A stretch of 64,000 bases of DNA, taken from the NCBI RefSeq assembly GCF_009914755.1, contig NC_060926.1; one strand, given 5' to 3'. The stretch's first letter is position 1. Each line of letters starts with the position of its first letter. A program made the position numbers and the translations under genes. Below the pieces are notes generated by a model. That model ran no database searches. It worked only from the letters and a program-made list of their open reading frames with translations, and was not told the origin of the DNA. This DNA comes from the human T2T-CHM13v2.0 reference genome, Homo sapiens. Positions 1 through 11,085 of the stretch are shown here, one piece after another.

Positions 1-160
1 CAGTTTTCTCATTTATAAAACAGAGATACTGATAGTATTTACATTTAGGGTTGTTGTGAGGAGGAAAGGGAATAATCCATGCTGTACACTTATATATGTA
101 CAATGCAGTCCATGCAATGGCACATAGTTAGCACTCAATATATATCATCATCATCATCAT
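1..160 (+). mobile_element. MIR fragment (3' half)
   Basis: cagttttctcatttataaaa...gggttgttgtgagga...ggcacatagttagcactcaata resembles MIR core/3' end. Confidence 0.7.
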
Positions 161-349
161 CTTCATTACCAGCAGCTGCAGCAGTTTAGAGACCAGGACA
201 GAGTCATGGTTAAGAGAGCAGGCTTTCAGAGAAGGCCAATTCAAATTGCATACCAGATACTGCCCAAAAATAAGAGTGAAGGGAAAATCAAAGATGGACT
301 CTGATGCCCGGTGCCCAGCAAAATGATGTAGGCTAAAAAGTTATTACCT

Positions 350-2165
350 GCTCAAATAAAAAATGGGCAAAAGAACTGAACAGATACCTCACTAAAAATA
401 TACATGATGACAAGCATATGGAAAGATGTCATTTTTGTCATTAGGGAATTGCAAATTAGACAAGATTAGGCATGTTCAAGGTAGTATGGCTGTAGATGAG
501 AATTGCAAATTAAACAACAATAAGAAACCACTGTACACCTATTAGAATGGCAAAAATCCAAAAAAACTGACAATACCAATTGCTGGCAAGAATGCAGAGC
601 AAAAGGAACCCTCATTCATTGCTTCTGGGAAAACAAAATGGAACAGCCACTTTAAAAGATAGTTTGACAGTTTCCTACAAAGCTAAATATAGTCTTATCA
701 CACCAGAAATTGTACTCCTAGTTATTTACCAAATGGATTTGAAAACTTGTCTACACAAAAACCTACATGTGAATGTTTTGACAGCTTTATTAATAATTTC
801 TGAAAACTAGAAACAACAAAAATGTCCTTTAATAGGTGATTAGATAAATTGTGGTATATCATAAAATAAAATATTATTCATTGATAAACAGAAATAGCTA
901 TCAAGCCACAAAAAGAAATGGATGAATCTTAAATGCATATTGCTAAGTGAAAGGCTACATACTCTATGGTTCCAATTATATGATATTCTGGAAAAGTGAC
1001 TGTAGTAATAGTAAAACTATTAGTGGTTGCTGGCAGAGGAAGCAGGGTTGAGTAGGTGAAGTACAGAGAATTTTTTAGGGTGGTGATGCTATTTTGTATG
1101 ATATTGTAATTATGGATATATGATACTATGTATTTGTTAAAACCCATAGAACTTTATAGTACACAGAGTGAACCTTAATGTATGCAAATGAAAAAATAAT
1201 TTAAGGGGTTGGGGGATCCTAGGATTGAATGCAGAATGTGACAAGACGATAAAAGGAACCAAGGAAAAGGAACCAAGGCTCCTTATGTAAGTGGATGATT
1301 CTAGGACTGGGCAGGAGATGTACGCGATGAACCTGTAGTATCTTGTAGTGCCATGAAGTAAGGAAGAGCTTAAAACAAAACAATAACAACAACAAACAAA
1401 TCCACAAGAATGGGTTATATCAAAGGGACCCAGGAGCCAACTGAAAGAGCTTCCAATGGCCACCACTGGAACTGTTTGAGCAACAACATAAAGTAGTACT
1501 GGAACCTGCCCCACCGCCACCCCAAATAAAATAGATCCGTGAGTCCATACTGATATAAAGAGTACAGTGTGGAAAGGTGGGTTAAAGTAACTTTACAGTG
1601 GAGAAACCCAACAAAAACTAGCCAGGTGAGCAAGGTTAACCTCAACAGTGAGAAATCATTTGATAGTATATATTCTCTATACATACATATTTATCACTTG
1701 ATATGATAAAAATGGCACCTTACCTCTGTTGTCTTCCTCCTCCAAACCCATAACCCCAGTCTGATCATGAGAAAAACATCAGATAAATCCCAGTTCAGGG
1801 ACATGTTATATAATACTTGACCAGTACTCAAAACTAATAAGGTAATCAAAAACAGGAAAAGAATGAGAAACTATCACAGCCGAGAGGAGCCTAAGGCGGA
1901 GACATGTCAACTAACTGCAGTGTGGTTTCCTGGATGAGAGCCTGGAACAGAAAGAGGGCGTTAGGCAAAAACTAAGGAAATTAGAAGAAAATATGGATTT
2001 TAGTTAATATATCAGTAATAGTTCATTAACTATAAAAACATGTACCATAATATGTAAGATATAAATAGGAGAAACGGAGTATGGAGTATATAGGAACTCT
2101 CTGTACTATTTTCATTATTTTTCTACAGTCTGATACTGTTCTAAAAATTAAAGTTTATTATAAAA
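350..2165 (+). mobile_element. Old LINE-1 (L1MC-like) ORF2 end and 3'UTR
   Basis: aaatgggcaaaagaactgaacagatacctc, acacctattagaatggcaaaaatcc, ggaactctctgtactattttc, and an A-rich end near 2160. Confidence 0.8.
458..497 (-). pseudogene. 5S rRNA 5' fragment (nt 1-40), tailless retropseudogene
   Basis: agacaagattaggcatgttcaaggtagtatggctgtagat matches the reverse complement of 5S nt 1-40 (GTCTACGGCCATACCACCCTGAACGCGCCCGATCTCGTCT) at 31/40, all mismatches transitions. Flanked by direct repeat gaattgcaaatta (446-458, 500-512). Confidence 0.85.
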
Positions 2166-2209
2166 AATAATGGTCCATTTAAAAGAAGATTTTTAACAAG
2201 GGTAAAGTT

Positions 2210-2501
2210 GGCCAGGCACGGTGGCTCATGCCTGTAATCCCAGCACTTTGGGAGGTTGAGGCAGGCAGATAGCTTGAGCCCAGGAGTTTGAGACCAGCCT
2301 GAGCAACATGGAGAAACTCAATCTCTGCCAAAAAAATCCCAAAAAACAAAAAACGAAAAATTAACCAGGTGAGGTAGCATGCACCTGTAGTCCCAGCTAC
2401 TAGGGGAGCCTGAGGTGGGAGGATCACTTGAGCTTAGGAGGTTGAGGCTGCAGTGAGCTGTGATTGCACCATTGCACTCCAGCCTGGGCAACAGACGGAG
2501 A

Positions 2502-2508
<7 letters not shown>
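2210..2508 (+). mobile_element. AluJ
   Basis: ggccaggcacggtggctcatgcctgtaatcccagc...gcttgagcccaggagtttgagacc; AluJ-type right arm. Confidence 0.92.
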
Positions 2509-2563
<55 letters not shown>

Positions 2564-2572
2564 TACACACAC
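2507..2572. repeat. (TC)n(AC)n compound microsatellite
   Basis: Directly visible, occupying the Alu tail position. Confidence 0.95.
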
Positions 2573-3109
2573 AAAGTAAAATAATGACTCACATACAGAT
2601 ATAAAAATTATTATAGTGTTAAAAGATTTTACTTAATTCATAATGAAGGAACAAGGCAGATGCTACAACTAGTTTAAAGATAAATCCAAAGATCAGATAT
2701 ATTTATAGATCAAAAATATTGAAATGAACATGCAAATGGAGGCAAAACTAGCTTCTTTTGCTGGGAGGAAAGCAAGTCAGTTTAACCTCCACTGGACAGG
2801 ACATAATGTGCATGTCTATAGACAAGAATTGTTTTGTATTGCAATCGGTTACCTATAATTTATAGAGTTGTAAGACAACACCCATAGGGTCAGAATCAGA
2901 TACCCAGAAGGATGTTTTCTAGACAATGTATAGTTTTGTACTGAAGCACAAAGATTTTCTTACAGGGCATTTACCCACATGTCGTTTACTATCATGATGT
3001 TTTAACATAACTAAAAAAATCAAAATCAAGATAGTTATTGGAAGCTCCACCTCCTTGACAATTCTAATGATGTTCCTGTGTCTTCAAAACCCCCACTCAT
3101 TGACTTCCT

Positions 3110-3460
3110 TTATAGTTGTCATTAGTTCTGCTCCAAAATATTTTGGCTGTCTGCCTTCCTAACACAGAGTAAGAATGCATTTCCTAGCCTCTTTGAAGTT
3201 AGGCATATGACTTGTAATCACCAATGATACAAGAGAGGAAGTGACTTATGTTCTATCCAGGAGGACATTTTAAGGGCTGGTACAAGGTTTGCTACATTTC
3301 CTTTTCCTGCCTGCATGAATGGGGAAATATGTGTCCAAATGGAGCTTCTGTATGCCTGATTCTCTGAGTGACTAAGAAGAGCAGAGCACTCTCCTGATGA
3401 CCTGTGTTGACCTTGAAGCATGAATGAGAAATAAACTCATTGTATTAAGTCTCTGGAAGA
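3110..3460 (+). mobile_element. MLT1-type (ERVL-MaLR) LTR, old
   Basis: gcatttcctagcctctttgaagttagg, agaggaagtgac, gagaaataaactcattgtattaag. Confidence 0.6.
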
Positions 3461-3469
3461 AAATGACAA

Positions 3470-3680
3470 GTTCTTAGATTGCTTGGGTTTGAATCCTGGC
3501 TACACACCATTTACTAGTTGTGTGATCTTGGGCAACTTCCCTAACCTCTTTGTGCTTTGATTTCCTTATCTGGAAAATGAGGGTAATAATAATGCCTAGC
3601 CATAGGGTGGTCATGAAAATGAAATAAGATCATATATATTGTCTTCTGGCACAAAGTCAATAGCAACTGGGTTATTGTTT
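3470..3680 (+). mobile_element. MIR
   Basis: gggtttgaatcctggct...actagttgtgtgatcttgggcaacttccctaacctct. Confidence 0.8.
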
Positions 3681-4521
3681 ATCCATTGGTCTTTTTGACT
3701 CTGCAACTCAAAATTTATCAGTGGTCCGTCAAATTAAACTTTTGAATATGAAACATTAATCACAATGCTGTTCAGAATGGCACAGCTATTTCTGCAGGGG
3801 AGAGTGAAAGGGACAGCTGTTCCACAGACTGTCTCAGAATGCTCATTGGAAGACTTGTGTGTATCATCTTTCTCTCCAGTGCTTTTGATGTTGAGTGGTT
3901 TGTGAAACATGAAGAAACTGGACACTACCATGTAGCATGGGATGCTACATCAGTGACAAGCAGAGGACAGAGTGCCTGAGGAAGACTGAGATTTCTTTCT
4001 TGGAATTGGAAATTATTACTATTTTTCTAGCTCCTTTGAAATGGTAACTTCATATTTTGAAAAAATTATTAACCAAATGGCTGCTTCATTTTATTGTAAC
4101 ATTTCTGATGAGTGAAACAATTGAAATTAATGGAATGATTGCAAAATAGAGTAAGTATATAATAACATATGCAAAAGTACCTAAGGTTGCTTGCATAGGT
4201 TTATGCTGCTCAAATTATTATAGTTCTTACAGACAGTGTCTAGTGTAAAAAGATACACCTGCTGTGGTCTTGTGCCCTCTGAAGAATATATATAGAACTA
4301 AGGGTGAAATGACTTGGCATATTTTCTATAACTTTGTTGCAGCTGTTTTCCAAAAGTGGGCAAATATCCAGCATTATTTGCAAGCCAATGTAATGTTCTT
4401 TGCAAACCATGAAAGCCTTTCGTATTTTGATTTATGAGCAAGTTAATTTCCCAGCTCAATGAGAAAGGCCATGGAGATGAAATTGAATGTATACTTATGC
4501 CTTTAGTATCTAGTGATTGTA

Positions 4522-4836
4522 CAGTCATGTGTCGCTAACGACAGGGCATTGTTAGGCGATTTTGTCATCATACAAACATCATAGAGTATACTCACATTGA
4601 CAGACTTAGACGGTGTAGCCTATTACACACCTAGGCTACATGATACAACCTATTGCTCCTAGGCTACAAAGAATGCAGCATGTTACTGTACTAAATACTG
4701 TAGGCAATTATAACACAATGGTATTTGTGCATCTAAACATATCTAAAAATAGAAAAGGGACAGTAAAAAATACAGTATTATAATCTGTCATATATGAGGT
4801 TGGTTGTTGAACAAAGCGTTATGTGGTACATGACTG
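4522..4836 (+). mobile_element. Tigger3a/MER7-like TcMar MITE
   Basis: Terminal inverted repeats cagtcatgtg...tacatgactg with TA target duplications; internal cacacctaggctac motif. Confidence 0.85.
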
Positions 4837-5581
4837 TATTTCTTCTGAAAATTTGGTTTATATTGAATGATAGCAAACCAGCATCTATCAGTTGCTGAGT
4901 GTTACTTATAATGGCATGGAACCTATGAAATAGGAAAACAAGAGGCACCTCTATTAATTAATAGGGGCCCTTTTCAAAGTTTCGGGTGAAAAATTACTGG
5001 TTGTGGTAAGAATGTATGCCTTGATTATAAATATTGGCGTGGAAAAATGTCCTCATACTTAATTCAGGCGGATATAAGCTTTTATAGTTGAATTAAATAA
5101 ATGGATAAAAGTTCAAAAAATACAAATCAAATTTAAATAAATAAATAAATAAGCATTTCTTTACCTAATACTTGGAGAAACAAGCATACCTGTACTTACC
5201 CACCAAAATCTCTATTTTCATGACTTAATTTCTATGCACACTCCACTCTTGTTCCACCTCTGTACCTTTGATCACACCGTCTCTCTCACCTGACATACAC
5301 TTCTTTGAGTTTAATGTACAACAGAAACTGCATATCTTTTCTGAAATATCAGAAAACTGAAATCCAGTTCACACTGTTATTTCTCTCATCAGAATTTTTA
5401 CAACTCTTTTACTGGGTATCTCATAATATAACAGTCATGAAAACTTGTGTTATTATCTTTATATTTAATGTTTCTATATTTTCTCCTTTTGTATTTGGGT
5501 GGTGTTAGTGAAGGAAAGTGCCCTATCTAGCAGAATTCTAGGTACAGATAGAGACAAGTGCAGGTTGATTGATAAATTCTT

Positions 5582-8198
5582 TTTTTTTTTTTTTTTTTTT
5601 AATTTATTTTTTTATTGATAATTCTTGGGTGTTTCTCACAGAGGGGGATTTGGCAGGGTCATGGGACAATAGTGGAGGGAAGGTCAGCAGATAAACAAGT
5701 GAACAAAGGTCTCTGGTTTTCCTAGGCAGAGGACCCTGCGGCCTTCCGCAGTGTTTGTGTCCCTGATTACTTGAGATTAGGGATTGGTGATGACTCTTAA
5801 CGAGCATGCTGCCTTCAAGCATCTGTTTAACAAAGCACATCTTGCACCGCCCTTAATCCATTTAACCCTGAGTGGACACAGCACATGTTTCAGAGAGCAC
5901 AGGGTTGGGGGTAAGGTCACAGATCAACAGGATCCCAAGGCAGAAGAATTTTTCTTAGTGCAGAACAAAATGAAAAGTCTCCCATGTCTACTTCTTTCTA
6001 CACAGACAGGGCAACCATCCGATTTCTCAGTCTTTTCCCCACCTTTCCCGCCTTTCTATTCCACAAAGCCGCCATTGTCATCCTGGCCCGTTCTCAATGA
6101 GCTGTTGGGCACACCTCCCAGACGGAGTGGTGGCCGGGCAGAGGGGCTCCTTACTTCCCAGTAGGGGCGGCCGGGCAGAGGCGCCCCTCACCTCCCGGAC
6201 GGGGCGGCTGGCCGGGCAGGGGGCTGACCCCCCCACCCCCCCACCTCCCTCCCGGACGGGGCGGCTGGCCGGGCAGAGGGGCTCCTCACTTCCCAGTAGG
6301 GGCGGCCGGGCAGAGGCGCCCCTCACCTCCCGGACGGGGCAGCTGGCCGGGCAGGGGGCTGACCCCCCCACCTCCCTCCCAGACGGGGCGGCTGGCCGGG
6401 CAGAGGGGCTCCTCACTTCCCAGTAGGGGCGGCCGGGCAGAGGCGCCCCTCACCTCCCGGACGGGGTGGCTGGCCGGGCAGGGGGCTGACCCCCCCACCT
6501 CCCTCCCGGACGGGGCGGCTGGCCGGGCAGAGGGGCTCCTCACTTCCCAGTAGGGGCGGCCGGGCAGAGGCGCCCCTCACCTCCCAGACGGGGCGGCTGG
6601 CCGGGCGGGGGGCTGACCCCCCCACCTCCCTCCCAGATGGGGCAGCTGGCCGGGCGGGGGGCTGACCCCCCCACCTCCCTCCCGGACCGGGCGGCTGGCC
6701 GGGCAGAGGGGCTCCTCACTTCCTAGTAGGGGCGGCCGGGCAGAGGCGCCCCTCACCTCCCAGACGGGGCGGCTGGCTGGGCAGAGGGCTGACCCCCCAC
6801 CTCCCTCCCGGACAGGGCGGCTGGCCGGGCGGGGGGCTGACCCCCCCACCTCCCTCCCGGACGGGGCGGCTGGCCGGGCAGAGGGGCTCCTCACTTCCCA
6901 GTAGGGGCGGCCGGGCAGAGGCGCCCCTCACCTCCCAGACGGGGCGGCTGGCCGGGCGGAGGGCTGACCCCCCCACCTCCCTACCGGACGGGGCGGCTGG
7001 CCAGGCTGAGGGGCTCCTCACTTCCCAGTAGGGGCGGCCGGGCAGAGGCGCCCCTCACCTCCCGGACGGGGCGGCTGGCCGGGCGGGGGGCTGACCCCCC
7101 ACCTCCCTCCCGGATGGGGTGGCTGGCCGGGCGGGGGGCTGACCCCCCCCACCTCCCTCCCCGACGGGGTGGCTGCCGGGCGGAGACGCTCCTCACTTCC
7201 CAGATGGGGTGGCTGCCGGGTGGAGAGGCTCCTCACTTCTCAGACGGGGCAGCTGCCGGTCGGAGGGTCTCCTCACTTTTCAGACGGGGTGGTTGCCAGG
7301 CAGAGGGTCTCCTCACTTCTCAGACGGGGCGGCCGGGCAGAGACGCTCCTCACCTCCCAGACGGGGTCTCGGCCGGGCAGAGGCGCTCCTCACATCCCAG
7401 ATGGGGCGGCGGGGCAGAGTCGCTCCCCACATCTCAGACGATGGGCGGCCGGGCAGAGACGCTCCTCACTTCCTAGATGTGATGGCGGCTGGGAAGAGGC
7501 GCTCCTCACTTCCTAGATGGGATGGCGGCCGGGCGCAGACGCTCCTCACTTTCCAGACTGGGCAGCCAGGCAGAGAGGCTCCTCACATCCCAGACGATGG
7601 GCGGCCAGGCAGAGATGCTCCTCACTTCCCAGACGGGGTGGCGGCCGGGCAGAGGCTGCAATCTTGGCACCCTGGGAGGCCAAGGCAGGCGGCTGGGAGG
7701 TGTAGGTTGTAGCGAGCCGAGATCACGCCACTGCACTCCAGCCTGGGCACCATTGAGCACTGAGTGAACGAGACTCCGTCTGCAATCCCGGCACCTCGGG
7801 AGGCCAAGGCTGGCGGATCACTCGCGGTTAGGGGCTGGAGACCGGCCCGGCCAACACAGCGAAACCCCGTCTCCACCAAGACCAGTCAGGCGTGGCGGCG
7901 CGTGCCTGCAATCGCAGGCACTCGGCAGGCTGAGGCAGGAGAATCAGGCAGGGAGGTTGCAGTGAGCCGAGATGGCAGCAGTACAGTCCAGCTTCGGCTC
8001 CGCATGAGAGGGAGACCGTGGGGAGAGGGAGAGGGAGAGGGAGAGGGAGAGGGAGAGGGAGAGGGAGAGGCCCCCTTACATTTTTGCACGCAAGGCAAGT
8101 GCTTCACTAGCTTTACCCTAGCCGTAGGCCTGATCTTTGAAAATCAAGACCTTGTCTCTGCTGCAGCTTCAACGTCTTTGTTCCTCCTGAGCAGGCTC
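5582..8198 (-). mobile_element. Full-length young SVA (probably SVA_E/F-like) with 5' transduction
   Basis: Poly(T) 5580-5600, SINE-R ~5603-6110, GC-rich VNTR ~6110-7650, Alu-like domain ~7650-8020, (CCCTCT)n 8021-8070; 16-bp TSD tgattgataaattctt at 5566-5581 and 8199-8214. Confidence 0.97.
6110..7650. repeat. SVA VNTR (GC-rich ~35-50 bp units)
   Basis: Repeated ggacggggcggctggccgggcagaggggctcctcacttcccagtaggggc units. Confidence 0.95.
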
Positions 8199-8349
8199 TG
8201 ATTGATAAATTCTTAATTGAGAGCAGTCATATCACAAATACACAAACATCTTTTCAGGTGAACCCTCCACTGGTATTGACAATGGAGAAAGCTCTGAGAA
8301 ATTCACCTTTAGATTTGAGTTAATTTGAGTTGTGGTAAATCTTAGTAAC

Positions 8350-8510
8350 AACAACAAACAGTAGCACTAAAATGTATGTAGATGCATTAGGCTAAGTATT
8401 TTATGTGTATCACTCTATTTAATCTTTACAACAACCCATGAGCAATACTATTATTATTGATACAGCACTTTATAGACCAGGGAACTGAAGTACAGAGGGC
8501 TAAACTTGTT
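8350..8510 (-). mobile_element. MIR
   Basis: tttaatctttacaacaaccc...tttatagaccagggaactgaagtacagagg. Confidence 0.7.
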
Positions 8511-10609
8511 TAATGAAGCGCTCACAGGGTCGAGACCGGCTCCAGTTCACTGTTGAGCACTGTGCAGGCCTGCCTGTCAGCACAGGGAGAGCAACAGTTG
8601 AATTTAGCATCCTTCTTATCTGGGGGGGTCATGAGTAGGAACGTATTCATTATATTCTGAGGACTTAAGTGGTTGACTGAAAACCCAGAGCATTTCAGGT
8701 ATTACATCTAGAGTTTTTAACGTTACATTTAGATATTACATTTAGGGTTTCCATAATATTTGAGAATAATCTAGAACTGATCATAGAATAAAGTGAAAGG
8801 AATGCAAATTTCTAGCTGATTCCCTACCCATTTGTTGAATAAATTCGGGCAATCAAACAATCTGAAATGTAGCATAATATTATGGCTTTGGTTTTTAAGA
8901 TGGAAAAAGTGATTTATAAATGAAAAGATTAAGAATCAGTTTTTTACTTTTCCTGATGGGCTTTTGTGGACACTGTTGTAGTTCTCAATAATCTTGAATT
9001 TATGAATGTGCCGGCTAGGAAATTATCAACACCACATGCTGTTTCCCACACTGAAAACTTTTAAGTATTGAGAAAAAAAATCTGTATTTATATGGGTGAT
9101 AAAGTGAAAAATATAAAATAAAATTTTCAGAGTTGTGAGGGATTTGTTTATGTGCTATAGAAGTATATTGGAGAAGTTTTAAAAACTGGTTGGTTAAAAA
9201 AAATCAGTTAGCTTGAATTTTGAGTGGGGTGTTTCAGTTCTAGCTAGTGGATTGCTTAATCATCAACATTCAGCTTCTGAGAAGAAATTTCTTCCCAAGT
9301 GAATACAGTAGACTCTTGGCTTTCCCAGATTTAACATTTTCAGTTTCTATTATTTGGGAATGAACTTTAAGCTCTTCAATGTGGTGATTTGTAATTGGGT
9401 CAAATCATAAATATGACAGTGAGAATGCAAGACTAATTTGTTGGAGCCACTCCTAGCCAAGGAGAAAGCCTGTACCCACATCTTCTCAAGTGTGTATCTT
9501 ATGGAGGAAATCATATGTTGTAGTGGTATTTACAAAAGCCTGAGGACATCCATCATAAATGTTAATGGTCTGCTAGTTGTACTTAAACTACAACTTTTCT
9601 CCATGCACTCACTAACACTCCCTCCCTCCCTCCCTCCCTCAGACCTCCTCTACACCAGAGCCTCCTGCCAAACCTTCCCACACCTTTGTCATTAACCCTT
9701 TTTATTTCAATCTCTCTTTTAGCTGGAGACCTGATTTTTCTACTCAGTTTTAAATGCTCTTAAGTATCATATTTTGTCACTCTATTTGTAGCACATCTGT
9801 CCTTTCTTCTGGATCTTAAATACATTCTGAATGAAATTCAGTCTTGTTTTGAAGGTCAGCTTTCCTTCTATTCAAACCATGTTTGTCAGTTATGGCTTTT
9901 GGTTTGTCTTTGAGGGGGTCTTGTTTTCCCTCTCATCTTTATGAATCCTTACTTGCTGCTCTGCAACATGTGTAAATTTCTTGTTCACAGCATGTCAGCA
10001 AATAACTTGTCAAGCTTCAGTGGCTCACTGTGATTTTTTTCTACCTCCAAAGAGTATATGAGTAGATTCAATAACATGCTGTAGAGCCCCAAACCAACCC
10101 TGTGGGAGAGGTCAGAGTTACCCTCAGATTTTGTAGTAGAGACTCAGGAATAAGTAGTGACACATAGACAGAAAACATCAGAATGTGACAAGCAATGGCT
10201 GAACCCACTTGTGGATTTTGCACTGCCATTTTACCTCTTTAGGCAAAATAAGAGGTTTCTGTTTCTGAGCCTAGTCTATTCCCTTAGAACCTTTCCATGT
10301 TATCCTTTATCTTTATGCAATGTTTCCCATATGTCAGCCATTCATGGCCATTCACCATCCCATTTTTTGTTATGAGCTTTCAAACTCAAATTATAATTTA
10401 CGTGATATTTAAAAAATTTGTCTCTTTAACTTTGTATTCATTTGATGTTGCCTTTTCTAACCGTGACCATAAATAAAAACCCACTATCACATGGCACAAA
10501 CATAAATAAGATCAAAAGTAGTATTTTTATCATTTGTCTACTATTGGCCTGCGCATTTGCTGAAACTGCAGCCTATTGTTTCTTTCTTGAAACTGGGGAG
10601 TAGGAAGCC

Positions 10610-11085
10610 TTCTGGTTATCAGTTGCTGCAAAACAAGCCACCCAAAACTTAGTGGTTTAAAATAATACTTTATTACTATCACTCACATTTTTGTGGGTTG
10701 ACTTGGCTATCCTGTGGTACTCGTTTGGGTTTGGCATGAGGTTTCATTTGACAGCTGGGGCAGGGATTATCTGAAGGCTTGATTGGGCTGGATGTTCATG
10801 GTGGTTGTCTTATTTGGCTGGGCAAGGGCTGCTACCTGTTAGCTGGGACCGCCTGAAGCTATTTCCTGTAGTGCCTACACGTTGCTTCTTCATATGGTTT
10901 GTCATCACATGTGGCAGCTAAGTTCCAAGAGTGAGTGCTCAAAGAAGTCTTCGTGGACACTGAGGTTTCTTAGGATCTAGGCTCTGAAGTCCCACAACAT
11001 CTTAACCACTTTCTATTGATTTAGTCTAGTTCAGATTCAAGGAAAATAGTAGGGAAGAATTTGTGGCCATCTTTTTATCTATCAC
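10610..11085 (-). mobile_element. MLT1 (ERVL-MaLR) LTR
   Basis: gttgctgcaaaacaagccacccaaaacttagtggtttaaaataa...gaatttgtggccatcttttt. Confidence 0.75.

Noticed and set aside
6110-7650. Repeat array superficially like CRISPR
   Set aside because: The units are tandem without unique spacers; this is the SVA VNTR in human DNA.
5604-8201. Dense overlapping ORFs of 60-167 aa
   Set aside because: These arise from the GC-rich, stop-poor SVA VNTR and Alu-like domain and are not genes.
8238-8340. ttttcag|GTGAACC...GTG|gtaaat possible plus-strand exon
   Set aside because: Weak pyrimidine tract and donor, and the most plausible frame hits a stop; insufficient support.
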